Positions 9,478-21,000 of a stretch of DNA of 64,000 nt are shown one piece after another. Location: assembly GCA_964647565.1 (NCBI GenBank), contig CAZYIM010000002.1:1-64000 (forward strand). The letters are read 5' to 3'. Source of the stretch: an uncultured Methanosarcinales archaeon (lineage in GTDB: Archaea > Nanobdellota > Nanobdellia > Woesearchaeales > CAZYIM01). Both the position numbers and the translations under genes were made by a program. The notes below the pieces were generated by a model, which saw nothing but the letters and a program-made list of their open reading frames with translations, made no database searches and was not told the DNA's origin. Each line of letters starts with the position of its first letter. Position 1 is the first letter of the stretch.

Positions 9478-9702
9478 GCAGCAACATCCTTGGCAGATAA
9501 AACGGTTTGCATAAGCAAACCTGGGCGTGAGACACGCCCTTTGCGCCATTGTTGCTGCACTAAAAGTCCAACCATGGCGCTGACAGGGGGGAGGGTTGTT
9601 CCTTCGGACACCCCCTGTAGAACGGGCGTAGCCTGTTCGTCAGCCGCCATGGTTGGTTGGACTTTTATCTTTATAATACATTATCTGCGCCATTGTTGCT
9701 GC
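9478..9702. repeat. Composite palindromic element: hairpin cassette 9478-9558, copy B of the structured repeat (9561-9667), and a 17-bp direct repeat
   Basis: TGCGCCATTGTTGCTGC at 9542-9558 and 9686-9702; perfect hairpins GGTTTGC-ATAA-GCAAACC and GGGCGTG-AGA-CACGCCC. Confidence 0.75.
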
Positions 9703-9753
9703 CTTTTTTACAATAAATATTTAAACTACTTATTTTTCTTTTGTTATGGTGTT

Positions 9754-10473
9754 ATGATGAATGAAGCTTTATACATGAAAGATTCTTATATGAAAGGATT
9801 TGAAGCAACAGTTTTGAAAGTTACTGACGGAAAGTTTGTAGTGCTTGATGAAACAGCCTTTTATCCAAACTCAGGTGGCCAGCCCAATGATGTAGGGAAT
9901 TTCATCAGATTATCTGATGGTAAAGATTTCAAGGTGGTCTTTGCAGGCAAGTTTGGAGGTCATATAAGTCACGAGGTAGATCCTGTGGGTCTTAAAGAGG
10001 GTGATAAGATTAAGGGTTCTATTGATTGGCAGAGGCGATTCAAGCTTATGAGATATCATACGGCAGCTCATGTCATCTCTGCTATCATGCACAAGGAGAT
10101 GGGAGCAACTATTACAGGCAACCAGCTCAATCTCGACAAGGCTAGAATTGATTTCTCTTTAGAAGAGTTTGACAGGGAGTATATAATCACAGTCATCCAA
10201 AAGGCTAACGAGATAGTGTGCAAGGCATATCCTGTTCATATCAAGTTTATTTCTAGAGACGAGGCCTTGGAAACTGAAGGCTTGATGAAACTTGCTAAAG
10301 GAATACCTGAAGGTATCAAGGTCATAAGGATTGTAGACATAGAGGATTTTGATGCCCAGGCCTGCGGTGGAACCCATGTCAAGAACACAAGTGAAATAGG
10401 TGCCATAAAGCTCCTAAAAATTGAAAACAAGGGAGCTAAAAACAGGCGCGTGTATTTCGAGTTGGCGAATTGA
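9754..10473 (+). CDS. alaXM: Alanyl-tRNA editing protein AlaX-M
   Basis: FYPNSGGQPND, HTAAH and CGGTH zinc motifs; no synthetase domain. Confidence 0.92.
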   Translation: MMNEALYMKDSYMKGFEATVLKVTDGKFVVLDETAFYPNSGGQPNDVGNFIRLSDGKDFKVVFAGKFGGHISHEVDPVGLKEGDKIKGSIDWQRRFKLMRYHTAAHVISAIMHKEMGATITGNQLNLDKARIDFSLEEFDREYIITVIQKANEIVCKAYPVHIKFISRDEALETEGLMKLAKGIPEGIKVIRIVDIEDFDAQACGGTHVKNTSEIGAIKLLKIENKGAKNRRVYFELAN

Positions 10474-10480
10474 GTGTTTT

Positions 10481-11181
10481 CTACTTGAAAAAATCAGGAT
10501 ATCTTTCTTTCATCTCATTAAATTCCTTGTCTGCATATGCTGTTATTGTTTCTGGTAATTGCATATATCTCATGCGTTCTGCATGTATTGAATAATAGGG
10601 TCCTAATGAATCAATTACCTTATAGTGTTTTTTAACACAATCGACAATTACTTTATCTCTTTTTTCTGTAGTTACACTTCCTCCAAATACGAGTGTGTCT
10701 TCAAGTGTGGGATTTTCAGTGTATTTTAGAGCTCTTGTTGAAGTATAACTTTCAAAATGGGGTGAATAAATGCGAGCAGTCATTTTTGAACCTGTCTTGT
10801 CTATTATTACTGCGGCTCGGGGTTTAGGTTTATCCGTTTGTGTATCTGCTGACTGACAAAAATAATGGAAAACATCAAAATCCGGATGAAACTCAATTTC
10901 TTGTTTCTTTTCTTTTTCTTGTTGTGGTTGAGGGTCTAATTCAATTGATGTGCCGTGATATACTTGGAAATGTCTTTTATCTTCCTCAGTTTTCTTTTTA
11001 ACCCAATCCCTATTTTTCCAGGGTACTTCTATTTGGGATACTCCTGGTCTAGTTTGTCCTTGGACTATGCTTTGTATTAGTATGAATTCATAAAGTTCTG
11101 TAGGTAAAAGTGTATTAATTACTGAATTAAAATCACTATATATTTCTGGGGAGTGGACTTTGACTGTTGCTTGGTATCTCA
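10481..11181 (-). CDS. Hypothetical protein
   Basis: ORF preceded by GAGGTGA RBS; part of a 3-gene AT-rich cluster. Confidence 0.6.
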
Positions 11182-11538
11182 TTTTCTCACCTCGCATCTA
11201 TATGCCTGACAAGAAAGTGTGATTGGAAATCTATTCTCCCAGAGGTATGTTTCCTTGCATTCGAAAGCATGCGTTATGCCTTTTTCCATAAGATCTTTTG
11301 GAAACTGTTCTTTTGCTGTTTTATAGTCATGTACTGAGCCAGGCACTCTTTGCTTTACAGTTTTTTTTGTTCTAAATAATCTGATCAATGGCCTGGTTTC
11401 TTCAATAATCTTTTCTTCGTATTGATGTGCGTATTCTATTTTTGTTTCGCCTAAGAACTCTATGCCTGGAAATAAATCAAGGCCTCCTGTTTCTAAGAAG
11501 CTTTTTGTTGTTGTTATAGTTTCATTCAAGTTTTTCAT
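11179..11538 (-). CDS. Hypothetical protein
   Basis: GGAGGTGA RBS before ATG (MKNLNET). Confidence 0.6.
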   Translation of the reverse strand: MKNLNETITTTKSFLETGGLDLFPGIEFLGETKIEYAHQYEEKIIEETRPLIRLFRTKKTVKQRVPGSVHDYKTAKEQFPKDLMEKGITHAFECKETYLWENRFPITLSCQAYRCEVRK

Positions 11539-11557
11539 TTTTTCACCTCCTAATAAT

Positions 11558-11935
11558 CTACAAATCTTCATATGGCGGAATCGATCTTTCGAATCCGTGT
11601 TTTTGTTCCAGTTGTCTTTGCGTATACCAAATATCGTTTAATGTCCGGGTTGTTCTTTGATACATTCGCCTAAGATCTTTTCCTTCTTCTGTGTCAGGAA
11701 ACTTAAATACAGAGGATCCCTGGCCAGAGAGAGCTTGCCCATGATTTACGATACCTTCATGTTCGAATTCAACCTGCCTATACCAGTCACAATGGTGCAT
11801 ATATCTGATAAGATCACGTTTGGTGCTTCTGTATTTATTGATGAATACTCCTGCTGTTGTTAACGGGATGGCAATTGATGCTAACCAGATTGCTAATGTG
11901 GCTCTTTCCAGGGTTTTCTTGCTTATAAATTCCAT
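11558..11935 (-). CDS. Hypothetical membrane-anchored protein
   Basis: GGAGG RBS; single N-terminal TM. Confidence 0.6.
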   Translation of the reverse strand: MEFISKKTLERATLAIWLASIAIPLTTAGVFINKYRSTKRDLIRYMHHCDWYRQVEFEHEGIVNHGQALSGQGSSVFKFPDTEEGKDLRRMYQRTTRTLNDIWYTQRQLEQKHGFERSIPPYEDL

Positions 11936-12064
11936 ATTGTTAACCTCCTTTTTATCTATCATTTAGTAGTATCAAATGGAAATATAAGCTTTTTCTTGAT
12001 ATAAAGCATATCTATATGCTAAAAATGAAAAATTATTTAAATAATAAAGCATATATGGGGTTTT

Positions 12065-12967
12065 ATGATAAGAAAACTGGTCCAACATGGGCCGACAACG
12101 CTTATAACCTCGCTACCCTCGAAATGGGTAAAAAAATACAATCTGAAAAAGGGTGATGAGATTGAAATGGTTGAAGAGGGCAACAAGCTTATTCTTTCTG
12201 CATCAAAGCAGGAGGAACTAAACTCTACGACCATAGATCTGCACAAGACAAAATTTCTGAAGCGATTCATCACTATTATTTACAACCTTGGCTATGATGA
12301 ACTGGTCGTAACCTATTCTGATTCAACTGTCATAAAGGAAATCAAGAGTGCTCTGGATAATCTGCTTGGCTTTGAGATAGTTGACCAGGCCAAGAACAGT
12401 GTCACAATAAGAGCCATCTCCAAGGCCTCTGAAGATGTGGCAGTAGTGCTAAGACGAACATTTCACATAACCCTTGCTATGGCCAGGGACAGTTTAGGCC
12501 CAATAAAGAAACAGGTTTACAAGGAGCTGTCAGATATTGCACAACTAGAGGAGATGCAGAACAAGTTCTGTAATTTCCTTCACAGGATGATCAATAAGAG
12601 AGGGTACAAGGATGACCTACTCTCTTCCTATATTCAATTTATAATCGGTCAATTGGAACAGATTGCTGATGAATATAGAGATTTGTTGTTGCATATAGCA
12701 AAAAAGCAACTAAAATTATCAGAAGAGCTATATGAAATGCTGCAAAAAACAGCAGACTACTTTGATGCTCTTGTCAGGCAATTCTATAAGATGGATTTAG
12801 CAGATCAGCCAAAGCTTAAAGATCAAAGGAATGGCCTTTTTGATGAACTCGATACGCTATTAGCTCAATTAAATCATTCAGAACTAACCATTGCAATCAA
12901 TCTAGGAGCTATATTACGATTGCTCAAACATATAGAAACAACAATGATGTATCGCTGGGAGAACTAA
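12065..12967 (+). CDS. AbrB/MazE-PhoU phosphate uptake regulator-like protein
   Basis: RKLVQHGPTTLITSLPSKWVK N-terminus; helical PhoU-like C-terminus with LEQIADE. Confidence 0.9.
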   Translation: MIRKLVQHGPTTLITSLPSKWVKKYNLKKGDEIEMVEEGNKLILSASKQEELNSTTIDLHKTKFLKRFITIIYNLGYDELVVTYSDSTVIKEIKSALDNLLGFEIVDQAKNSVTIRAISKASEDVAVVLRRTFHITLAMARDSLGPIKKQVYKELSDIAQLEEMQNKFCNFLHRMINKRGYKDDLLSSYIQFIIGQLEQIADEYRDLLLHIAKKQLKLSEELYEMLQKTADYFDALVRQFYKMDLADQPKLKDQRNGLFDELDTLLAQLNHSELTIAINLGAILRLLKHIETTMMYRWEN

Positions 12968-14187
12968 GTATAGCACTTTTGGGTTTTAGGGACTGAATTT
13001 GTAATTGCGAGAGTACTAAGAGTTAACAAGGCAGCAATACTATTAGGGTGGATATAGTATCTTTTAGAGGGTGGAACATTCAATTTTAAGCCAAAATCGG
13101 TTGCTTCAATAAAATTCTCAAAAACAACAAGATCATCTCCTTCAAGACTGTTTCTCATCTGCGCATAGTATGAAACTGACCTTTTTCTCATAGAAGGATT
13201 GTCATTGTAATGTTTGACAAAATGCCTAAGGCCGTCTGCACAGGCCTTTACTTTCATGATTGCATATCGTTCCTCCATCATTTCAGGTGTTATATGCAGA
13301 TAAGATGAACTTTCCTGAGCTTCTTCATTGAAAGAATTTCTGAAATGAGCTTTAAGATCAAATTCATACTCTTCTTCTCTGCCTTCTAGCGTTTCATGAT
13401 ATCTTGGATTTGAGATCATCCTAGTGATAAACTTGGACAGATCATCCTATGGTACTGTCCAGGAATGATTATAGTCGAATGTTGCAACACCGTCCAGATA
13501 TTGTGGATTGAGATTGTCAAACCTTATATTGGCTCGATTATCTGGCATGAAATTTTCATCATGGGCATCTCCGTGGCCGATAATATTGTGGGCATATCGA
13601 AGAATCATCTGGGTCTTATTTTCAAGCACCGATGCAAATTGCTGCTTGGCATCTGCATGAGTATAAGTAAATCTGTTGTTCTGGAAAAGCTTTGGTGTAA
13701 AGAAATCCGAGTCATATTCTCTATGTGGTTTACTGGAAAATCCCCTATTGGCATATTCTTCTGTTAAAATGACCTGAATCCTGGCCAGTTTTGCAACAGC
13801 TTTTAAAGAGAAGTCCAGCAGCTGTTCGTATGTCTTTAGTTCATCACCCTGGCACTTGTGGTAGAGGGTGGCTTGGGTAGTAGGATTTAATGAAACAGAA
13901 TGCATGACTGGTGTTGAAGCAATGTTGTGCTTTTGTTCAAGCAAATTTCCAGTGTGCTCAGGCTCGCCAAGTTTTACAGTTGTGCAATATTGTACTAGTG
14001 GCTCCTCAGGGAATGTCTTGTTTCGCATGAAATCAACATGAAGAACATCTTTGTGGCCCGGAACAGGGTTTACTGATCTGATCTCGCCAGGGAACTGATC
14101 CAGTTCAAGAAGATTGGTCAGGTCAGAATTATCTATTTTATATGGATTATTATTGTATTTGTCCTTAAATAGGTCGCTGATTGACAT
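12964..14187 (-). pseudogene. APH/choline-kinase-like phosphotransferase interrupted by one in-frame TAG (13447-13449)
   Basis: HGDAHDEN and FDY motifs; the frame continues TVP*DDLSKFITRMISNP into ORF 12964-13419. Confidence 0.7.
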
Positions 14188-14199
14188 CTTTTTAGATTA

Positions 14200-15135
14200 T
14201 TAGTACGTTGGTCGTATCTCTTCATGCATATATTTTCTCATTGCGTGAGCCGTCTTGTCTATATCCCAAAATTTGGCTCTGGCTAGTTTTGGAAGACAGG
14301 ATACAGGATCCTTTCCGAGTAGAGCCATCGAATATAACACTGTCGGGATTAAAGTCTCATAATCTTTCTTATAGAAGTCTGTTGAATTTGAACCCCAGAA
14401 CCGTCTTGCAAGATCGCCTGGCAATCTTGTATCTTCAGGATTTGGATCTGTATCACTCTTGTTATTATATTTTCGTTTCCATTCTGCACTTCTCCATTGC
14501 CAATGGTTAAGAAACATACCTAGGGCAATCTCTGGAGAACTCATATTATCTATGCAGGTGTCCAAGTATTTCGTGACATCTTTTTCTGTGTAAAAAACAC
14601 TATTTTTTGGTGGTTTGATAAATGTGAAATAGAAATCAATTGCTCCTGGCACTGATTCTGCAGCGCTTATATTTGAAACCAGGGTATCTACGGGCAGCTC
14701 TTCATATTTGACCATGTTGGGATTGTAAACTTTATCTTTGCCATCAATATGGGGTGGCAATGCCAATTCTGTTTTGATTGTACTGTCTGCGATATCGTTG
14801 ACGTGAATCGCTGCAGGGATTGGATTTTTTCCAAACTGCACTTTTACTATATTGTTATCCATCTGTGTTATTCCCGCATCAGAAGGTAGGTTTATGTCTT
14901 TGACAATTGGTTCGCCATCATCAATACTTCTCAGAATAAGTATGCTGCCTTCTTTTGGTTTGTCACCTCGTAAAGCATACATATCTGGCCTTTCTAACTC
15001 TTTTACTCTCTCGGCAAACCAGTTGTTATGTGTTGTTCTTGCCGGGACGCGCGCATGAGATAAGACATATTCAAGGAACTCTACACCTGATCCTGGCAAG
15101 GTAGTGGTTTCAACAATAGGATATTCTTGTGGCAT
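14200..15135 (-). CDS. Hypothetical protein
   Basis: 311-aa ORF, no recognised motif. Confidence 0.65.
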   Translation of the reverse strand: MPQEYPIVETTTLPGSGVEFLEYVLSHARVPARTTHNNWFAERVKELERPDMYALRGDKPKEGSILILRSIDDGEPIVKDINLPSDAGITQMDNNIVKVQFGKNPIPAAIHVNDIADSTIKTELALPPHIDGKDKVYNPNMVKYEELPVDTLVSNISAAESVPGAIDFYFTFIKPPKNSVFYTEKDVTKYLDTCIDNMSSPEIALGMFLNHWQWRSAEWKRKYNNKSDTDPNPEDTRLPGDLARRFWGSNSTDFYKKDYETLIPTVLYSMALLGKDPVSCLPKLARAKFWDIDKTAHAMRKYMHEEIRPTY

Positions 15136-15198
15136 ATGCTTGAGATAGTTAACTCGTTTTTAAATTTTTCGGTTTTTTTACCACTGAATGGTAGTTAT

Positions 15199-16605
15199 TT
15201 AGAAATAAACCTTATTTGCCATTCTTTCTGAAATAGTTTTCAGATAATCAAGATAATCCCTGTTGTGTTTTAACCAAGCCTTGACAATGCCTCTTCCAAA
15301 GAACTTGGCAAAAGAGGGCTTTAAGGAAGGGAAATGCGCTCTGCTGTAAAGGTTCTTTACTGCTGCAATTCCTGTGTCTGCAAATGTGTTTAAAGCATTG
15401 TTGATGGCATTGGTGTAAGAGTAAAAATCACTGAAACAATCAAGCATACCTGCCTGCAGCTCTTCAGGTGTCATGTGAATTGGTTTGAAGACTGCGTGAA
15501 GGCCGTCATAGACATCCCAGTTCTTGTGCAATAGTCTGTTTTCCTGTTCTAGTTTGTGGAATGTTCTGGTGCCTGGCAGAGGTGTTAGCACAGCATATTG
15601 TACAGTGTCGATCTCTGCGTCATGCACAAAGTCAGATGTGTTCCTAAAGACACTCTTAGTGTCTGAGTCATTGCCGAACATGAACATGCCGTGGACCATG
15701 ATGCCGTTGTCGTGAAACACTCTCATTGCTCTTTTGATGTCCTCGACTGTCTGGCTCTTTTGCATCTCGATAAGGCTTTTTGGATTGATGGATTCGATGC
15801 CGACATAGACTGTGCTGCAGTTGGCCTTTTTCATTTTGGCTACAAGTTTTGGGAACTTGGTTATGTCTGTTCTTACCTGTGTTGACCAGGGTAGATTAAA
15901 GTCTGATTTCAACATCTTGTCCAGAAGCTCATTAGTCCTTTTTCGATTGGCCGCAAAGTTGTCATCGCAAAAAAAGATATCCTTGACATGCCTGTTGCTG
16001 ATCTCGTTCATTACATTATCTGTGCTCATCATCCTGTAACCTTTACCAAACATTTCAGTAACAGAGCAGAAGTTGCAGTCAAAAGGGCAACCCCTGGATG
16101 TCATTACAGGCAAAGTGTGCATCTTTTTCCAGTCCTTGATCAAAGTGAAATCAGGTTTGGGCATTTGATCCATATCAGTAGGGATTTTATTATGGACGAT
16201 CTTGTCCTTTATCTTGCCTGATAAAATACCAAGAAGGATGTTTTCACCTTCTCCAACTATTACCTGGTCAAAATTATTGACAACATCTGCAGGCACCATA
16301 CTTGCATGTATGCCTCCAAGAATGGTGTGGCCTTGAGGGTAATAGGATTTGTAGGTTCTTGCGATTTCTTTTCCCCTGTTAACATTAGTGGTCAAACAGG
16401 TCAGGCAAAGGATATCGCAGTCAAGCTCCTCAGGTCTTACATCTCTTTTGAGAATATTTTCATTCAGGATTTGAACATCGAAACCCGCTTCCTTGGCGAT
16501 GGTGCCAAGATATACTGGACCTAAAAGAGGGATAGTCATGAATTTATCAAAGACATTTGAACGTGCACCTCTTGGTTCAACAAATATTACCCTCTTTTTG
16601 TTCAT
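15199..16605 (-). CDS. B12-binding radical SAM protein
   Basis: ILGGIHAS cobalamin-binding segment, SRGCPFDCNFC (CxxxCxxC), TPLPGT. Confidence 0.95.
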   Translation of the reverse strand: MNKKRVIFVEPRGARSNVFDKFMTIPLLGPVYLGTIAKEAGFDVQILNENILKRDVRPEELDCDILCLTCLTTNVNRGKEIARTYKSYYPQGHTILGGIHASMVPADVVNNFDQVIVGEGENILLGILSGKIKDKIVHNKIPTDMDQMPKPDFTLIKDWKKMHTLPVMTSRGCPFDCNFCSVTEMFGKGYRMMSTDNVMNEISNRHVKDIFFCDDNFAANRKRTNELLDKMLKSDFNLPWSTQVRTDITKFPKLVAKMKKANCSTVYVGIESINPKSLIEMQKSQTVEDIKRAMRVFHDNGIMVHGMFMFGNDSDTKSVFRNTSDFVHDAEIDTVQYAVLTPLPGTRTFHKLEQENRLLHKNWDVYDGLHAVFKPIHMTPEELQAGMLDCFSDFYSYTNAINNALNTFADTGIAAVKNLYSRAHFPSLKPSFAKFFGRGIVKAWLKHNRDYLDYLKTISERMANKVYF

Positions 16606-17084
16606 TTTATTCTCTTATTGAAATAATCTATGATATATAAACTTATTCCAAAAAATACCAGAGAAAGAGGCCAAGTTCTGGCTGACACCGCAAAGATTAG
16701 ATAAAATGTAAGAAAGAGCATCACAAAGGCAACAGCCATAATTGTGAAAACCTTTAATCTTATGAAAAAGGTGGTGGTGCTGAATGCCAGGCCGATTATC
16801 AAAAGGAAGAACGGCCATTGTGTTGCCAGGTTAGTCCAGGAAGTGTAGTTAAGATAAAAAAAGAAAACACTTAGGAATGAGATAAAGCTTCCGATCCATA
16901 TCAGGCCTGCTTCTTTTTTCTTAGAATGATGGAACAAGAGAATGAATCCTGCCCCTACTATCAACGGAAAGATAGGCCAGAGCCTGCTTAGACCCTCAAG
17001 TATGTCAAAATTCTCCAGAGTTACTATTATTCCTGCAAGTATGAAGAAGATTGAAAGGAATACAAGACTTGCGTTTTTTCTCAT
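16602..17084 (-). CDS. Membrane protein with repeated WP-motif helices (LiaF/DUF5668-like)
   Basis: Three LWP/QWP/TWP repeats in TM hairpins. Confidence 0.65.
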   Translation of the reverse strand: MRKNASLVFLSIFFILAGIIVTLENFDILEGLSRLWPIFPLIVGAGFILLFHHSKKKEAGLIWIGSFISFLSVFFFYLNYTSWTNLATQWPFFLLIIGLAFSTTTFFIRLKVFTIMAVAFVMLFLTFYLIFAVSARTWPLSLVFFGISLYIIDYFNKRIK

Positions 17085-17121
17085 TGTTTTAAGATGCGTG
17101 GATTTGTTTATTTAAATCTTC

Positions 17122-17979
17122 TTAATTGTCTGGTTTGCAGAGGCTCAGCACTACTTGATGCACTGCCTTGTATCTTTGGCTGAGATCTTTTTTTGAGTTT
17201 TCAGAGATCTTTGTATTGCCTATGCTTTTGAATATGCTCTCTGTAAGCACCAGGCATTTATTCATTGTCTTGATGGTTGATCTATCTTTCCATTTCATCT
17301 GGTTCTGCTCGAGTATCTTTATCAGCTCTACAAACCTTTCCAGAGATTGCAGTATGCTGTTGAGCAGCAGTTCCGTATTTGTGGTATCTATTGTTTTGGA
17401 ATACCCTGACCTGCCTCTCTTGAGGACGAGGTCTCTTATCTCCTTTAAGGTTTCCTCAAATGAATCTGCATAGAGTTCTATGTCCCTGATCTTGGTTCGT
17501 CTCATGGTGCCTTCTTCTACACCAAATATCAGGTTGCTTATGTTCTGCCTGAACAGCAGAAGGGATGATCTTAGCCTGTTGACTTTCTCGTTGAATGATA
17601 TCTCATACAGCTCGCTGAGTATGGCGTGCTGCCTGATGGATACTAGTTTTGAGGTCACTACTGCCAGCAATATCAGCCCTAGTATGACTTCGATGATTGC
17701 TATGAACCTATAGAATCCGAATGGGATGATATCCCCAAAACCAGTTGTTGTGGCTGTGACAAAGCTGAAGTAGATGGTGTTTAAGATGCCGGGTCTTGTG
17801 TTTTGATCTGCTGTAGTCAGTAGATATGTGTTTGGGCTGTCTAAGGAATGATAGAGGATTCCGAAGATTATGATTATGGATATCCATATCAAGAAGATCA
17901 ATGGGAAGCTTAATCTGTCCAGCCAGTCAGATACTTTTGTTGATCGCATGGACTTTATCAGGCCGGACTTTTTTTGCAT
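17122..17979 (-). CDS. 2-TM potassium channel family protein
   Basis: YFSFVTATTTGFGD selectivity filter between two TM helices. Confidence 0.9.
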   Translation of the reverse strand: MQKKSGLIKSMRSTKVSDWLDRLSFPLIFLIWISIIIIFGILYHSLDSPNTYLLTTADQNTRPGILNTIYFSFVTATTTGFGDIIPFGFYRFIAIIEVILGLILLAVVTSKLVSIRQHAILSELYEISFNEKVNRLRSSLLLFRQNISNLIFGVEEGTMRRTKIRDIELYADSFEETLKEIRDLVLKRGRSGYSKTIDTTNTELLLNSILQSLERFVELIKILEQNQMKWKDRSTIKTMNKCLVLTESIFKSIGNTKISENSKKDLSQRYKAVHQVVLSLCKPDN

Positions 17980-18080
17980 GGTTTTTTGCTTGTTTTTGGT
18001 TTTTAAATATCTTTTGAAAATAGTGCGGAATAGCTTATTTTGAATAACGTACTAAAACAAACTTTATATATGGTAACCAC

Positions 18081-21000
18081 TTGCCAATAACAACTATGAT
18101 TGGTGAACAAGAATCTCTGCTGGAACAAGTCATCCTTGAGAACAGGAGGATCTTCAAGTCTATCAAGAAAAAGATAGATTGGCGACAATCGGTTTTAGGA
18201 GATGCGCCTACTCAAAGGGACATCAAGGAGTACAGGAAAAGAAGACGGAATCAAAAAGACGGGACTCCTTATAGTATAATCAATCCTAAATTCTATGATC
18301 AGATTGTTGAGATCTTGAAAAAAAAATATGCTGAACCTGAAGCTCTTGATAAACATTTAAAGAATATATTGACAACATTCCCGATCTGGCAGAGGAACAG
18401 CAAGGGATTTGGTTTCAGTGACTATAATGTGGTTGATTTTGTTCGGAAATATTCAATTGTAGATGCTTTGGACAGGAGTGAGCTTCTTAAGCTGACCAAC
18501 CTTGTTACAGCTAGGATAAAAGCTGATGATTCTTATATGGGCTCAGACATAATCCGCAAAACCCTTCCCTCATTCATGAAGATAAAAATAGAGGGCACTC
18601 ATTATGAGACCATACTCAAACTTGCTGGGCGGGCAACAGGCAAGCATAGCGGGCTGATAGTTGAGCATTTTGACAAGGTCAAGTCTGAGTTTGAACAAAG
18701 GAAACTAACTAGAAGAATGCCTAAACTCTTGGAGTTGCATAGTTTCCTCGAAGAAAATAATACTCATCTGATCAGTATCAGCCACGGATCATTAAGTCAC
18801 CATCTTGATACCTTTGTCAAGCTTGATAAACATGACAAGTTCTTTGACAAGACAATCGACCTTATAATACGTACAAAAACCACCAACCATTACTTTGGAT
18901 ATGATTCTATTGTCGAGTCTGTTGTTGGTTATAGGAAACGATTGATAAATCCTGAAAAAAGGGGCTGGTTTGACACTGCGATCAAGCTTGCAGACGCAGG
19001 TGTTGACCATGTTGATTATCTGAAGCATATCAGGAAGGTCAGAAGAAAATTTCCAAAGCTTGAGAAGATGTATTCTAAGTTCGCACTCTCTCTTGGAGAA
19101 CACAGCAAAGACGCTGCAAGAAACCATCTCAATAATCCTGCAGCATTAAGATTGATTGGCGGTGAACATGGCTATAGGTTCATAAGGACCGGACTTGGAC
19201 TTGTCAAGGATTATGGGGACAGGGCTGCCGGTTATTTCAATGAGGCAGAGCATATTCTCAAAGAGATGCCTGAACAATTTGATGATTGGATCACGACGGG
19301 CAGAGATTTTAGTGGAAAAGATGGACAGGACATGTTCTACTATATCAGCCATTCGCCCTTTGCAATGAAGAATGGTTTTCTGAATGATTATATCGGATGC
19401 TATAAAGATTTAAAGGAAAGACACAATAAATTTCTGCGTTCAGAAAAGAAGATAGTTAGAGATGAATGGTTTGCATCTGATGATTATAATTTTTATATTG
19501 AGAATGGGGATGATCCAAAAGATATTAAGAAGTGGGGGGATAGCTGGATCGAGAGTACGCTTAAAGAAAGGATACGCCATCATGGTTTTAGCAGCCTGAT
19601 GCACCATTTTACCTCGTTTATAACTGCGCATGAGCATGGTATTCCTGTAGATTTCTGGTCTGAATTGTCCTGGAGCCTTTTCAACAAGAAAAAAGATACT
19701 TATGGTGATAATGTCCATAAGTTTTTCAATATGGTTAAGCAGGGATTTGAATACAAGAAACTAACTGAGGTATTTTTTGATTTGGTGGATTTCAATCTCT
19801 TTAACCATTACATGGACGATGATGTCGAAGAAAAAGCCAGGATGATGACAGTCATCAATTCAGATATCCATCTGACTCTGAAATCAGAGAAACTCTATAA
19901 CTTTTCAATATTAAAAAAAGTTGAAGGGGTTCCTGGTCCTACACTTGATGACAGCTGGCTGGACGGAATTGAACAGCATGTGAATTCAGCATTCAGGAGT
20001 ATATGGAAAACCAGCCCTAAAGGACTGACTCTTAATGAGAAGATGAAAATGCTGATGCTTGATGGCCATGATGATGATTTCAGGATCCAGTACCTGCTAA
20101 AGTTAAGGAAGAAAAATAAGATGCCAGAGAAGGACTTTGAACTTGGCAAGGAATACGGGCAGGTTCTTCTTTCAGGATTAAAAGCCTATGAGAATCCTAC
20201 ACAGATGGCTTTGTATCTTATCCAGGGACTTGTGGGTCGTGATGAAAAGGATAGGAAAAATGCAGAATCATATTTTGAGCCTAAATTTCTGGAAACTGCC
20301 AGGGGATATGTCGAGCTGCCTTTCTTATTCCCTAAAATAAGAGACTATATGTCATCATTGCGATCAGGCGATGAGCATGCTGCCAAAAAAGTGCTTCATG
20401 TACTAAAGGAAACATATCATTCCAAACATCACCTGCTTCGTCTTGTTTCAGGAATCGAGGGTATGTTCAGTCAGACTTTTGTCTACGATGCATTGTCAAT
20501 CAGGATGCAGAATCATGATCTTTCAGATATGTTTGACAATCGTAGGATTAAGAGTTGCGTCTTCTATCCGCGAGGTGAGTGCCATGAAAAGGCCCCTACT
20601 CACGCGCTTGACAGGGACTATGGGATTCTCCAGATCAAGCCAGTATATCAGGCGAACTTTCTTGATCCTATAGGTGCTGCACTTGCTCTTAACTGTGCTG
20701 ATCAAAAAACCAAGGAGAAAGTACTTTTTGTGAGTAGTGTAGAAGGGGGTACTGCGCTGCGAAGAATTAAAAAGAAGCACTGGATTCCGATGGTACATAC
20801 AGGCTTATTATCTGCTGCTGCTGACAACCATGCAGCAAAACTTGCATATCATTTAGATCCTGGCAATATGACTGCAAAATATTTTATCAACAACCTGGGC
20901 AAGATAGGGGGTGTAAGGACAAAGCTGGATCTGATGAAATGTCATGGCGATGATTGCCTGATGGGGCATAAGAAGATAATCTCCTCTATGAGGGGTGCAA

